From Nitrospirota bacterium (GTDB lineage Bacteria > Nitrospirota > Nitrospiria > Nitrospirales > Nitrospiraceae), in assembly GCA_963701855.1 (NCBI GenBank), contig CAVPBK010000006.1:1088001-1152000 (forward strand): a stretch of 64,000 nt of DNA. The letters are read 5' to 3'. The notes under the pieces were generated by a model. The model was not told the origin of the DNA and made no database searches. It worked only from the letters and a program-made list of their open reading frames with translations. The translations under genes were made by a program, and so were the position numbers. Shown here piece after piece: positions 21,800 to 32,262 of this stretch (position 1 is the stretch's first letter; each line of letters begins with the position of its first letter).

Positions 21800-22042
21800 C
21801 TAGAGAACGATATTGTGTTCTGATGAAAAAATTTTCTCTACAAGGTCGTCATATGTTAAAGCCTGTCTGGAGCTATCAATCACCATCCTCTCACCATTAC
21901 CGACAGTGCCCTCTACAATAGAAGAGGCTATAGATGTTGCCTGCTCAATAAAGACGATGTCGATATTTTCATCACTCGCTCGAAAGAGCGCTGAAGAGAT
22001 TTGTTCTGGCTGTTGTCGAAGTAGATAGAGGGTTGCGCTCAT
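21800..22042 (-). CDS. DsrH/TusB-like small protein
   Basis: C-terminal LTYDDLVEKIF pattern; third gene of a DsrE/F/H-like trio. Confidence 0.55.
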   Translation of the reverse strand: MSATLYLLRQQPEQISSALFRASDENIDIVFIEQATSIASSIVEGTVGNGERMVIDSSRQALTYDDLVEKIFSSEHNIVL

Positions 22043-22060
22043 GAAATCACAAATAGATCT

Positions 22061-22402
22061 CTAAAAAACTAAACTTCTGTCAGCTGATCGAATGAACAGT
22101 CTGATTTCATCAGCTGTTCTGGTATTCACAATAAAACCATCGGACAACAGATCTGTTGCCGTGCCAATCTCGACAATAAAGGGAACGGCCAAGTGTTTAA
22201 ATGAAGGAAGATATTTTTCAAGAACATCGATGTCGATAATCTCATCTGATTCTTCCATTAACAGCGAGGAGGCTCGTCCTAGAAGCACGACAGTTGTCTC
22301 ATGATCCCCAGCGCAGAGCCCCAATGCAATACGAAGTGCTTCAACGGGGCGAGCCGTCACATAAGGATCTTCTGAAATCACCACCGCGATGCGTTTCGAC
22401 AT
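22061..22402 (-). CDS. DsrF/DsrE family protein
   Basis: IAVVISEDPY...EALRIALGL; ends ADRSLVF. Confidence 0.7.
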   Translation of the reverse strand: MSKRIAVVISEDPYVTARPVEALRIALGLCAGDHETTVVLLGRASSLLMEESDEIIDIDVLEKYLPSFKHLAVPFIVEIGTATDLLSDGFIVNTRTADEIRLFIRSADRSLVF

Positions 22403-22431
22403 AGACGGTCAACCGCAGTGACAATAACTTC

Positions 22432-22764
22432 TTATGTAAAAGCAAGAAAGCGATCACAGCCATCAATAATTCCCGACAGCACAACTAAACCGGACAAAGA
22501 AACCCGCGAATCGATAGTGGCCGTTAACACACCATGTTGTTGACAGCCGTACGCACAGACAGACATCTTCACCCCGGCATTGATCAAATCAAGATAGCGT
22601 TGATCCACAGCCGTCTTCACCCCTTCATCAATGAGATAGAGATAGACATCGACTCCTTTGCGCAGAGCAGCCTGAGCCAGCTGGACAACAGTCTCAACAC
22701 TGGGATGAGTTGGGGGTGTGGATAACAAGAGACCAAGCTTAAGAGCCGACATAGTTACAAACAA
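22432..22764 (-). CDS. DsrE/TusD-like sulfurtransferase
   Basis: YLYLIDEGV, SVCAYGC, SGLVVLS..I..CDRFLAF. Confidence 0.75.
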   Translation of the reverse strand: MFVTMSALKLGLLLSTPPTHPSVETVVQLAQAALRKGVDVYLYLIDEGVKTAVDQRYLDLINAGVKMSVCAYGCQQHGVLTATIDSRVSLSGLVVLSGIIDGCDRFLAFT

Positions 22765-22854
22765 AATACGTCAATACAATCAATCTATTACGAGTAAAAT
22801 TCCTCGCGAGCCTACGAGGTTTTCAATATAAAGTCAACATCAAAATACGGACGT

Positions 22855-24132
22855 CTATCGGGTGAGAATATGAGCAATATTACGGGAGCGGAGGAGAGTG
22901 GCGAGACCTGCTAGAGGGAGTTCTTCTTGGGCCTTGGACTCGAGATTACGAATAATAGCGGAGCCGCGAGCTACTTCATCGTCGCCCAAGAGAATAGCAT
23001 AACAGCACTTTGATCGATCAGCTTGGCGAAGATGAGCCTTAAGTGTGGTGGCGCGATAGTCGCATTGAGCGGAGAATCCTACCTTACGGAGTTCATCGAG
23101 CAGCACAAGACCGAGCTTGGTCCCGTTCCCTCCAAAAGCCGCGACATAGTACAGACATTCGTGTAACGAAGACGATGGTGAAGGTGGGAGCATCAATGCC
23201 ACTCGCTCAAGCCCGATGGCGAATCCTATAGCCGGAATTGAGGGGCCGCCGAGCGTTTCCACTAAACCGTCATAGCGGCCACCAGCGCCCACCGCATTTT
23301 GAGCTCCCAAATGAGTCGAAGTAATTTCAAAACTCGTCAAACAATAATAGTCGAGTCCCCGAACCAAACGAGGATTAAGTCTATAGGGTACTCCGATAGC
23401 CACAAGACCTTCGAGAACCTGATCGAAATGGGTACGGGCTTCAGGAGAGAGATGGTCGGTCAGCCGGGGCGCAGACTCAGTCACCAGGCGACAGTCCGGC
23501 ACCTTACAATCCAGTACCCGCAAGGGATTCGTCTCCATGCGGCGCCGGCAGTTTGCACAGAGGCGTGATTCCTGCTGTCTGAGGAATGCTAGCAGAATAG
23601 GCTTATAGGCAGCGCGGTCGCCAGAGCTTCCCAGGCTATTGATCTCCAGGGTCAGGTCGGGCAGGGCCAGATCCGATAGGAGACGCCACAGCAGTGCAAT
23701 AACCTCGATATCTATACGAGGGTCCGATGTGCCGAACGATTCAACCCCGAATTGATGGAACTGCCGAAGGCGCCCCGCTTGTGGCCGCTCGTGGCGGAAC
23801 ATCGGCCCGATGTAAAAATACTTCTGCGGGAGCGGATCAGCCGCCCGATTGTGCTCGATGTAGGCGCGGACTGTGCCTGCCGTGCCCTCTGGGCGCAAGG
23901 TCAACGAGGCTCCATCTCGGTCGGGAAATGTATACATCTCTTTTTCGACGATATCTGTCGCAGCACCGATGCTCCGGGCGAAAAGCGTAGTGAGTTCGAA
24001 GATAGGGATCCGGATCTCCTGATACCCATAACAGAGCGCCCAACGCCTCGCCGCATCCTCAATGAAACGCCAACGAGGGGTCTCCTCAGGAAGGATATCT
24101 TTAACACCCTTGATGCCCTTGATTATGTCCAT
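22855..24132 (-). CDS. hisS: Histidine--tRNA ligase
   Basis: LRPEGTAG, FRHERPQAGRLRQFHQ, LVRGLDYY, GGRYDGL. Confidence 0.99.
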   Translation of the reverse strand: MDIIKGIKGVKDILPEETPRWRFIEDAARRWALCYGYQEIRIPIFELTTLFARSIGAATDIVEKEMYTFPDRDGASLTLRPEGTAGTVRAYIEHNRAADPLPQKYFYIGPMFRHERPQAGRLRQFHQFGVESFGTSDPRIDIEVIALLWRLLSDLALPDLTLEINSLGSSGDRAAYKPILLAFLRQQESRLCANCRRRMETNPLRVLDCKVPDCRLVTESAPRLTDHLSPEARTHFDQVLEGLVAIGVPYRLNPRLVRGLDYYCLTSFEITSTHLGAQNAVGAGGRYDGLVETLGGPSIPAIGFAIGLERVALMLPPSPSSSLHECLYYVAAFGGNGTKLGLVLLDELRKVGFSAQCDYRATTLKAHLRQADRSKCCYAILLGDDEVARGSAIIRNLESKAQEELPLAGLATLLRSRNIAHILTR

Positions 24133-24200
24133 GCTCAGCGACCGATGCGGAAAGAGTCGGGACTATAGCGACGGGTGTCGGGCAAGTCAACGCAGGCCTA

Positions 24201-24326
24201 GCAGGATGCTGAAACAGTCCGCCAGCATCGTTCTCGCATCGTTCAGATCCTCAACGTACCCCAGAGGGTACGCCTCCGGTCTTCATTCGCTGCGGCCTTG
24301 CTGGACGAACTTTTTGAGCATCCTGC
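24201..24326. repeat. Family A copy 3
   Basis: GCAGGATGCTGAAA...TTTTTGAGCATCCTGC; core TCCTCAACGTACCCCAGAGGGTACGCCTCCGG. Confidence 0.9.
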
Positions 24327-24463
24327 GATTCGTCCACAAAACCGCCTCCTCAGAGACATTTCCCCTTCTACGAACGACGCATGGCGAGCCACGCCGTGGC
24401 TTCTTGCGCCGACTGGCGTGTGGGCGTATAGTTCGCAGCCTATCTGATGCTTGAGGATGTTTC

Positions 24464-25951
24464 ATGAGCATAGACCAACCGACCCGCCGTGTCATCGCGC
24501 TTGCGCCGATGCCACCCGAAAAATCCGCCTACGCCCTGGCCCGCTACAGCCGTTCGCCGGACTCGATCGAGGACAGCCTCCGCTGGGTACACGGACATTC
24601 TTCTGAAAAGTTCTGGGATCAGTTCTACTTCGACTACGGCCATGCATCCATCGCCGATTTAGGCCATGTCATCATCTGTTTTGAGGAGATCTCCGAACTC
24701 GCCGCGATTCGACTCGAAGACGAGCCCTTGTGGGATGGCCAAGCAAAATCGAGCCGGTATCAGAACTTTGCCTCAGGCGGGTGGTTCGTACCTGATTCCA
24801 TTCGAGGGTCGGAGACGGAAGGCACCTATCACGGCATTCTCCGCAGCCTCGCCGAGATCTATCGGCTGCTACACCAGCCGTTAACCCAATTTATTTCCGA
24901 GCGGGAACCGCGTCCCGAGTCGATGAAACCGGCCGATTATCAACGAACGATCGCCGCGCGCGCATTCGATGTGACACGGTATCTTTTGCCCCTTGCAGCC
25001 AGGACGAACGTCGGGCAAGTCGTCAGCATCAGAACGTTGGAGAAGCAAATCACCAGACTGCTGTCGTCGCAACTACCGGAATTGCGATCAATCGGAGACG
25101 AACTCAAGGACGCCTGCCAACGGTCACCCGTGAATCTCTGGGGCGAACTGAGTGGTCAGACGGCTGGAGGACATGAACCTCTCGCGCCGACGCTCGCTCG
25201 CCATGCGAAGCCGAACGACTATCAAGTTTCGGTCTACCAGGACCTCGCCAAATACGCGAAGGACGCGCTCCGTGGAACCGGCTTGGACCAACCGGCGTCT
25301 TGGGGCGAGCCGGAGCCGGTGGTCCTCATCGAACCCCACGATCCGTTGGATGAACTCGTGACCACGTTGCTGTACCGCGTCTCGCATGCGCCCTATCGAA
25401 GCCTCCTCGCGGTTGTCCGCACCTGGACGGAGAAACAGAAACAGGAGGCGATCGATGTGGCGATAAGCACACGAGGGCCCTACGACGAACTCATCAAAGA
25501 GTTCCGCAGCGGCTACGCTTTCACGTTCGATGTGCTGATGGACATCGGAGGCTGGCGCGACATGCACCGGCATCGGCGCTGTCAGCAGATTCAGCAGAAC
25601 TTTACGACGTTGCACGGTTACGAAGTTCCGCCGCCTCTCGTGCAGGCGGGATTGGACCAGGAGTACCGGCAAGCGATGGACGCAGTCCGATCCGATATCG
25701 AGCAGCTCAAGAAAACGAGCGCGGAGGGATCGCTCTACGCGACGCCGTTCGGATTCAAGGTGCGGTGCCTCTTTAAGATGGACTATGCCGAAGCCGAATA
25801 TATTGCCAGGCTTCGTTCCGGCGTAAAGGGCCATTGGTCATACAGGACCATCGCCTGGTTAATGAAGCAAAAACTTGCCGCACGCTATCCTTCACTCGGG
25901 GATCGCATTCAGGCTACTTCCCCGGACATCGAAGACACCCTCACCAGATAA
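24464..25951 (+). CDS. thyX: FAD-dependent thymidylate synthase (long, two-domain ThyX)
   Basis: YGHASIAD, SSRYQ, RYLLPLA, RDMHRHR. Confidence 0.85.
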   Translation: MSIDQPTRRVIALAPMPPEKSAYALARYSRSPDSIEDSLRWVHGHSSEKFWDQFYFDYGHASIADLGHVIICFEEISELAAIRLEDEPLWDGQAKSSRYQNFASGGWFVPDSIRGSETEGTYHGILRSLAEIYRLLHQPLTQFISEREPRPESMKPADYQRTIAARAFDVTRYLLPLAARTNVGQVVSIRTLEKQITRLLSSQLPELRSIGDELKDACQRSPVNLWGELSGQTAGGHEPLAPTLARHAKPNDYQVSVYQDLAKYAKDALRGTGLDQPASWGEPEPVVLIEPHDPLDELVTTLLYRVSHAPYRSLLAVVRTWTEKQKQEAIDVAISTRGPYDELIKEFRSGYAFTFDVLMDIGGWRDMHRHRRCQQIQQNFTTLHGYEVPPPLVQAGLDQEYRQAMDAVRSDIEQLKKTSAEGSLYATPFGFKVRCLFKMDYAEAEYIARLRSGVKGHWSYRTIAWLMKQKLAARYPSLGDRIQATSPDIEDTLTR

Positions 25952-25965
25952 TCAGATCGACTCCG

Positions 25966-27003
25966 ATGACCGACTACCAAGCCCAATGTGAAGCGAGGCT
26001 ATTGGAGGGCCAATGGGGTCAGGCCCAGCAGGTTGCACTGGCCTGGGCCCGCCATCTTTCTACCGGCGCTAACCGGGATCCTCGACCCCATTTTGCTCTG
26101 AACGTGATCCACCTGCTCCGCGGGGAATTCGCTGAAGCCTGGAAAACTCACGCGAAGTGCCTAGAAGAATCCGAAGACATTGCCCATGTCAAAGAGTGGG
26201 TCGAAGGATTTGTTGCGCAACAACCTGAGCAGGCCAACGCCTATCTTGTAATGGGGTTGTTCCTGGCCCAATCAGGCCAATCTGAACAGTCGATCGCTGC
26301 CTACAAGGAGTCAATCAAACTCGCGCCACAGTCCTCCCACCCCCATTATTTTCTCGCACAGATTCATGAGCGGGCCAACCACCTTGAAATGGCCATCAAG
26401 GAATATCGTGAAGCCGTGCGCCTCGATCCTTCCCATGCTCCGGCCCGGATCAACTTGGGCGTGGCCTATCAAGAGCAGGGCCGGTTGGAAATGGCGATTC
26501 CGCAATATCGGGAAGTGATCAAACTGAAGCCAAACGATGCGACCACTCATGCCAACCTCGCCTGTGCGCTTGCCGAGCAGGGCAAGTTCGAGCCTGCCTT
26601 GCAGTCCTACAAGGAAGCATTGCGCCTGAACCCCAAGGATGCAGAAGTGCATTTCGCGCTGGGAGGGCTCTATGAAACGAGAGGTCGCCTGGATCTGGCG
26701 CAAAAGGAGTATGACGCGGCCCTCATCGCCGATCCGAACTTCGGTCCGGCTCATTCCGCGCTTGGCTGGTTGGCGCTGGGCAGACAACACATGCAGGTCG
26801 CTTATGATGCGTTCAATCGGGCCCTCAAGTCCAACGATCAAGACCCTCGGGCCTACCACGGCATCGGCGAATACTATTTGCAAAAGAGGAAACGGGAGAG
26901 CGCCCTGGACAATTTTGCCAAGGCGCTCAAGTACTACAAAGATCCCGAGAAGAGAAACGCGTTATTGAATCAGCTGTTCCAAGAAGGCCAAATGGCTGAT
27001 TAG
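25966..27003 (+). CDS. TPR repeat protein
   Basis: Multiple 34-aa TPR units (e.g. ARINLGVAYQEQGRLEMAI). Confidence 0.9.
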   Translation: MTDYQAQCEARLLEGQWGQAQQVALAWARHLSTGANRDPRPHFALNVIHLLRGEFAEAWKTHAKCLEESEDIAHVKEWVEGFVAQQPEQANAYLVMGLFLAQSGQSEQSIAAYKESIKLAPQSSHPHYFLAQIHERANHLEMAIKEYREAVRLDPSHAPARINLGVAYQEQGRLEMAIPQYREVIKLKPNDATTHANLACALAEQGKFEPALQSYKEALRLNPKDAEVHFALGGLYETRGRLDLAQKEYDAALIADPNFGPAHSALGWLALGRQHMQVAYDAFNRALKSNDQDPRAYHGIGEYYLQKRKRESALDNFAKALKYYKDPEKRNALLNQLFQEGQMAD

Positions 27004-27005
27004 CC

Positions 27006-27129
27006 GGATGCTGAAAAAGTCCGCCAGCGTCGTTCTTGCATCGTTCAGATCTCCTCAACGTACCCCAGAGGGTACGCCTCTGGGGCTTTCATCGTCTGCG
27101 GCCTTGCTGAACGGCCTTTTTGAGCGTCC
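27006..27129. repeat. Family A copy 4
   Basis: GGATGCTGAAAAAGTCCGCCAGC...TTTTTGAGCGTCC with the GTAC core. Confidence 0.9.
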
Positions 27130-27187
27130 TGCGTGACTGAGCTGCAATCTCCCATGCTCGCAGAGGCCATACAAAGAGGGTAATCAA

Positions 27188-27991
27188 ATGAGCTTCTTTT
27201 TTGATGTTTGGACTGTGCACGGATTTATTCTCGCAAGCGATGTGCGGCTCATGGAGAACGGTCAGGCAAAACTAGGGCGGAAAATCTATTGCTCACAAGA
27301 CGGTTCAAGAGTGAAGTGCGCAATAGCCATTTGCGGCATGTATCCCGATGCCTCTAGAAATCATTTCATCCAAGCCGTGGCTGCCAAGGATACATTGAGG
27401 GACATTGCCTCAAGCTTCGCGGAGAAATGGACTGAGCGCTATGCAGGTACAAATGATTATTCTGCCATTCACTTGGTCGGTTTTGAGAAGGTGACGGTCT
27501 CCGGCAATTCTGTTCCTCAATTGTGGTTCTGGCGAAATTCTGATGATGGGATAAATTTCTTTAAGAAAGAGGATCTGCTCAGAGACCTTGCGACGTTCGC
27601 AGACCCAATTCCAGCTAACAATCATATTCCTTGGGAAATAAAGGAGCTCACAGGAAAATTCCCTGACGACACATTGGAGGACCAGTATTCACTCGTGACA
27701 AGCTTTCTAAGATTGCACCAACCACTGTTTACTTGGAACGGTGATACCAGCTTCTGGAGAAGTGCGGCCAGTTCAGTGGGGTCCGCACCGAATCTCCTGT
27801 GGAAGCAAAAACGTGCTTGGACCATTGATGAGGCAACAACGGTGACATCACTCTGTTTTGAGTTTCTGGCAAAGGTGGGCAACCTGCTGCCCGAGTCAAC
27901 AGTTGGTTTATCACAGGACGGCAAGTTCGATCTCATTACTGTTACACCGGACAATGTTACATGGGTTTCACGAGCCGATATCCAGTCCTGA
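27188..27991 (+). CDS. Orphan protein, possible Ntn-hydrolase/proteasome-beta-like fold
   Basis: N-terminal Ser after Met, GFILASDVR...RKI...AIAICG; lower GC. Confidence 0.5.
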   Translation: MSFFFDVWTVHGFILASDVRLMENGQAKLGRKIYCSQDGSRVKCAIAICGMYPDASRNHFIQAVAAKDTLRDIASSFAEKWTERYAGTNDYSAIHLVGFEKVTVSGNSVPQLWFWRNSDDGINFFKKEDLLRDLATFADPIPANNHIPWEIKELTGKFPDDTLEDQYSLVTSFLRLHQPLFTWNGDTSFWRSAASSVGSAPNLLWKQKRAWTIDEATTVTSLCFEFLAKVGNLLPESTVGLSQDGKFDLITVTPDNVTWVSRADIQS

Positions 27992-28017
27992 TAAACTCTG
28001 TCTGCGGTGGAGTTAGA

Positions 28018-28137
28018 GGCTGCTCAAAATTTCAGCCAGCAAGGCCGCAGGAAGCGGGACGACTGAGGCGTACCCTTGCGGTACGTCGCAGGGAGGCACG
28101 CGACCGAGAACGAAGCTGGAGGGAATTTTCAGCAGCC
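28018..28137. repeat. Family A copy 5 (diverged, inverted relative to copy 4)
   Basis: GGCTGCTCAAAA...TTTTCAGCAGCC; core GAGGCGTACCCTTGCGGTACGTCG. Confidence 0.8.
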
Positions 28138-28139
28138 GA

Positions 28140-28409
28140 TCAGAGGTCGCGGATGGCGCCTTGTAGCACCGTGATCTGCGTCACCGCGTCGCCTGAAGAC
28201 TTCAGTTCTGTACGGATTTGATCTTTGAGGTAAGAGGAATATCCCACGCGGTCGATCAAGAGGTCGAGAAACCGTTCAACCGGCAGTAGACTCTGGGCCT
28301 TGAGCTCTTCCACGATTTCGTCGCTGACGGGCACGTAGCTGCTCCCCATGTGGAACACCACATTGTAGTGACGATTTTTCCCGATGCGCTCGAATCGTAG
28401 ACCTTTCAC
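28140..28409 (-). CDS. Hypothetical protein
   Basis: 89-aa ORF with GAGG RBS and GTG start. Confidence 0.7.
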   Translation of the reverse strand: MKGLRFERIGKNRHYNVVFHMGSSYVPVSDEIVEELKAQSLLPVERFLDLLIDRVGYSSYLKDQIRTELKSSGDAVTQITVLQGAIRDL

Positions 28410-28661
28410 CAGATTTTCCTCGGAAGAATGTTCAGAGAGTCGCCTTGTTCAGTCTCGCCTCGGTCTCAAAATCCGTGAAAGACAAGACGTGATTAGCGAG
28501 GGGAGGGTTGCCAAGCACGCTTCTTCCGAAGCCTTTCATATGTGACGATTCGTTCGCCGGCTTTGTTGAACAGCCCACCCGCTCTGTTAAGAGCACCCCA
28601 TTCTAGACAAGTGGACGCACGAAGACAAGGAGTGGAACACAGCTCTACCGGCATGAGCTGG

Positions 28662-29003
28662 TCAAGCTTCGGTGGTTTTTTTTCCGAAATACTCCTTCCT
28701 GCTGACGGCCACGTCCGTGACGAACATGACCCCGGAGTGTCGATCGAACAGCGGCCTGAGTCCGGCGAGGATCGGATTCACCTTTTCTTCCGGGACGACC
28801 GTCATGATCATTTCGAGACTTTCCTGCTCGCTGAACATGAAGTGCGCTTCATGCATGCCGCCATGGCCTTTCCCCGACACGTTGCCGATGATCGTGTAGC
28901 CGGTCGCCTTGACCTGATCCAGCAGCTCGGTCACGAACGCCCTGTGTTCTCCCGCCACAATCACACGAATTTCTTTCATCGAATGCAATGTCAACGGACC
29001 CAC
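28662..29003 (-). CDS. PII-like/SbtB-like regulator at the end of the DAB operon
   Basis: MKEIRVIV, GYTI..VSGKGH.G, GVMFVTDVAV; directly after dabA. Confidence 0.8.
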   Translation of the reverse strand: MGPLTLHSMKEIRVIVAGEHRAFVTELLDQVKATGYTIIGNVSGKGHGGMHEAHFMFSEQESLEMIMTVVPEEKVNPILAGLRPLFDRHSGVMFVTDVAVSRKEYFGKKTTEA

Positions 29004-29031
29004 AGTCAATCTCCTTCCTTGATGAGTTGAT

Positions 29032-32000
29032 TCATTCCGGCTCCGCTAGCCCGCTCAGTTTAGCCCATTCGCTCGTCGGCCGATAACGATACAATATACC
29101 TTCCTCCGGTTCCAGCGCGACGAGGTGCACCCACTCGTTGTGATAGAAGTGTTTCAGCACATCGTGCCGCGCGATCAGCTTGTCGATCCGTTCGCGCGGC
29201 GCTTCGACGATAGTGAGCAACCGCATCGGTTCGTGATAGGGCACCTCGCCATTCATGACGGTTTGCTTGGCCAATCCAAGCCGGAGATCGCTCCAGGGTC
29301 CCGACATGATACCAAGTCGTCCCACCACGTTGTGATAGATCTTGCTGCCGCTGCCGTACACATCGTTGTCGACCGCAGAGAAATAGTGTTCCATGTTGAT
29401 CCATTGGCCCACGACTTGTGGACCGGTCAACAGCACTTCGAGCAGACGATTGCTGGGATCCTCCCGATAGTCGTAGGAATGAAGAAAGACACGTCCTCCT
29501 AGGTCCAGCCCCTTTGTCAGCTCACGCCGCCCGATCAAGAATGCCGTATTGCTTGAGAGACCCCACTCAGGTCTGACCTGGCTCCAGTCGACGCTCCGTC
29601 GTTTGACGAGTGTTTCGGCCTTTCGCCCCTCCATGGACCGCTGGATGTCGGGAAAGCGGCCGCAGCGTTCCTGGCTGGTGAGCGCGGAAGCCTCCTGCAG
29701 ATCTTTCTGGAGTCGGGCCAAGTCTGCGCGGTGCGTCGGCGGTACGTCTTCCAAGTCGAAGACTTGTACCTCGTCGGTCGTCGTGTCCATCTGGCCGGCG
29801 AGGAAATGCGTATCTGAGGGGATGTCGATCTCGACCTTGGCCAGCAGTTCTCTCACTTTTTGGTTGTTCGCCATCATCGCGAGGACGCGGGCGTTGGGCT
29901 TGCCCTCATTTCCGCCGCAGGCGCCGCAATCCAGGGCGGATTCGTAGGGATTGTTGTCAGATGTGCTGCCGTGAGCGCAGAACAGGACGATCCGCGCGAA
30001 GTTCTTCGTCATTCCCATCATGCGCAGGGCCGTGTCCACAGTGAGCACCTGTTCTTCGAGCGTGAAGCCGGTTCGTGTGATCCGTTCCTTCTGGCGGGAT
30101 GCCGATCGTGCGTTAAGCTTGTAGTCGCGGCGCAAGGTGTCGACAATGCCGCGCAGTGCCTCGCTCGAAAGGCCTGCCTGGTTCGCTGTCTCGATCAATG
30201 CCGGCTCCGCCTCGCCCGGGCCACCCAAAGCCCATTGCCGTAATCCCTCGACCAGCGCAGGCGTAATGCGCGATCTGCGCAGCCCGACCCGTTCGGTCAG
30301 CGCCTTCGTGACCAGAGCCTGCTGCTCAGTTGCCAGCAGTTTAGCGGTTTCGGCCGGCTCCAACTTGTCGACAGTGAGCGTGGTGGCCAGCGCCGGCACG
30401 AACAAGCGCTGCAACCGGGAGGTCCAGCGCCGGTAGAGGGCCGGCAACAACGTTTTACCGAAAATGGGGAGGCTGTAGAACCAACCGAGCGATTCCACCA
30501 TGACATACGGCGTCACCACGTTTTCTTTTAGATCGTGCAATAGTGTGTGGCCTGCGTGGACCCACTTGGTCCAGGCCTCGTACTTCGTGACCTTGTGGTC
30601 GAAATAGCTTCGGGGAATTTCGCGTACTTCGTTCTTGGCACGCATGATCACCGGAAACTGTTCGGTGTCATGTTCCTTTCCCCAGGCCCGATATCGAATG
30701 AATGCAGCAAAAAATCCGGCGAATCCGAAAGTCTCGTTCGGACCGGTGGATTCGAGATGGCGCCGGAAGGGCTCGGATCGCACATCGATGCAGTAGACCG
30801 ACTGCGAATTAGGGCGAGGCGGAGACGCCACACTACTGCTCGTCGAGGTGTGCCGGGAAGAGATCCTGATCTGACTTAACAGACGCTCTTGATAGCCCAT
30901 CTCAAAGGCCTTGAGCCACAGCGGCCCATGGTCCGATTCGGGGAAAGCCTCTATCCACTCGATCAGTTGCTTCAGGGCATCGGGAGCGCTGTCGGCGAGA
31001 GCAATCGCATCGATGTCGGAGGCTTGAGCCAACGCCAGCAGTCTCTTCGCCATCCCACGCCTGGCTGCTGCCAGTTGGCGCGGGACGACCTCGGTTCTGT
31101 AGCGTTCGATCACATTGCCCCAGCCGTTTCGTTTCTGGTGTCGGAGCCGATCGACTTCCTCGGCATAGAGGGCCGGCAATCGGCCGACGACCCTTTGCCG
31201 TCTCAGATAATATTCATCCGGATAACTCCTCATGTAGGTCGTTACGGCATCGTAGCGCCCTTCGATGCCGAGTTCTTCGAGGCAGGTCTTCTGAACCAGC
31301 TCGCGCGCGTACCAGAGTCGGATGGCCAGGAACTTCACGAGTCCCGCAGGATAGGCTTTCTGCCACGGGTAGTCTCGCTCCTCTCCGCGCCACTTGATAA
31401 AGCCAGCCCAACCGGGCAGCGCGGTCAATTGCAGCGACAGATAATCCTGTCGGAGCTCTGCCGGAATGCCGAGTGCATCTAAACTGTCGAGGAGCGCGTC
31501 TTCAGGATGGTCAGGAAGTTGCGCGATCTTTCTGCAGCTGTCCTTGATTCCGCAGAGAGACCATTCGTGAGAGGCGAGCGCTTTCCAGACACCGTAGAGT
31601 CCCTTCTCTCGCTCCGGCATAGACCAGGCCGCATGGCCTTCGTCCAAGAACGCCTCGCACCACCTGACCAATTGATCGTTGATCTGTCGGACGACCTGCG
31701 TGCCGAACGTGTCGTCGCACCAGTGCGAGAGAGTCAGCCATCGTCCCAACGCCGCCTGGTCCCCTGTCACGATCTTGTCGATCCGAGTGCGCAAGTCCGG
31801 CGCCGCCAGAATAGGAGACAGTTTTGCCGAAATGCGCTCGACCGCCTCATACGAGAGGTCCGGCAGCGTTGCATCAAGAGACTCCACGATAGGCGTGCAG
31901 AGTCCTTCGGCCAGACAGGCGCGCAACACATCGCCGTGCCTCAGCGTACGCGATCCGATGCGCACCTCTTCGTGGCTGGCGAGCGGTCTTAACACGGCGT

Positions 32001-32262
32001 CCAGATCTTGGAGTCGAATGCGTCCCGACTTGAGATAGGCGCGATACTGATGGCTGGGCAGGTAGCCGTTGCCTCCCAAGAACTGCTTGCCGCGCCGGAC
32101 GGTCTCTTCGAATGGAAGGTATTCAAGGCTATGGAGCGGGTTATGGTGCACGAAAGTCCGCATCGGCCAATACTGCGCGACCACTTCGCCTGCGAGATGG
32201 ACAATACCTCGCAGCTCCATTCGCCTCGTTTCGATGTCGGGTCGGTTCTCTACTTGTTCCAT
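29032..32262 (-). CDS. dabA: DUF2309 DabA/MpsB inorganic carbon transporter subunit
   Basis: FVHHNPL, YCIDVRSE, AHGS, LDCGACGG (Zn ligands), RPEWGL, SGSKIYHNV. Confidence 0.95.
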   Translation of the reverse strand: MEQVENRPDIETRRMELRGIVHLAGEVVAQYWPMRTFVHHNPLHSLEYLPFEETVRRGKQFLGGNGYLPSHQYRAYLKSGRIRLQDLDAVLRPLASHEEVRIGSRTLRHGDVLRACLAEGLCTPIVESLDATLPDLSYEAVERISAKLSPILAAPDLRTRIDKIVTGDQAALGRWLTLSHWCDDTFGTQVVRQINDQLVRWCEAFLDEGHAAWSMPEREKGLYGVWKALASHEWSLCGIKDSCRKIAQLPDHPEDALLDSLDALGIPAELRQDYLSLQLTALPGWAGFIKWRGEERDYPWQKAYPAGLVKFLAIRLWYARELVQKTCLEELGIEGRYDAVTTYMRSYPDEYYLRRQRVVGRLPALYAEEVDRLRHQKRNGWGNVIERYRTEVVPRQLAAARRGMAKRLLALAQASDIDAIALADSAPDALKQLIEWIEAFPESDHGPLWLKAFEMGYQERLLSQIRISSRHTSTSSSVASPPRPNSQSVYCIDVRSEPFRRHLESTGPNETFGFAGFFAAFIRYRAWGKEHDTEQFPVIMRAKNEVREIPRSYFDHKVTKYEAWTKWVHAGHTLLHDLKENVVTPYVMVESLGWFYSLPIFGKTLLPALYRRWTSRLQRLFVPALATTLTVDKLEPAETAKLLATEQQALVTKALTERVGLRRSRITPALVEGLRQWALGGPGEAEPALIETANQAGLSSEALRGIVDTLRRDYKLNARSASRQKERITRTGFTLEEQVLTVDTALRMMGMTKNFARIVLFCAHGSTSDNNPYESALDCGACGGNEGKPNARVLAMMANNQKVRELLAKVEIDIPSDTHFLAGQMDTTTDEVQVFDLEDVPPTHRADLARLQKDLQEASALTSQERCGRFPDIQRSMEGRKAETLVKRRSVDWSQVRPEWGLSSNTAFLIGRRELTKGLDLGGRVFLHSYDYREDPSNRLLEVLLTGPQVVGQWINMEHYFSAVDNDVYGSGSKIYHNVVGRLGIMSGPWSDLRLGLAKQTVMNGEVPYHEPMRLLTIVEAPRERIDKLIARHDVLKHFYHNEWVHLVALEPEEGILYRYRPTSEWAKLSGLAEPE

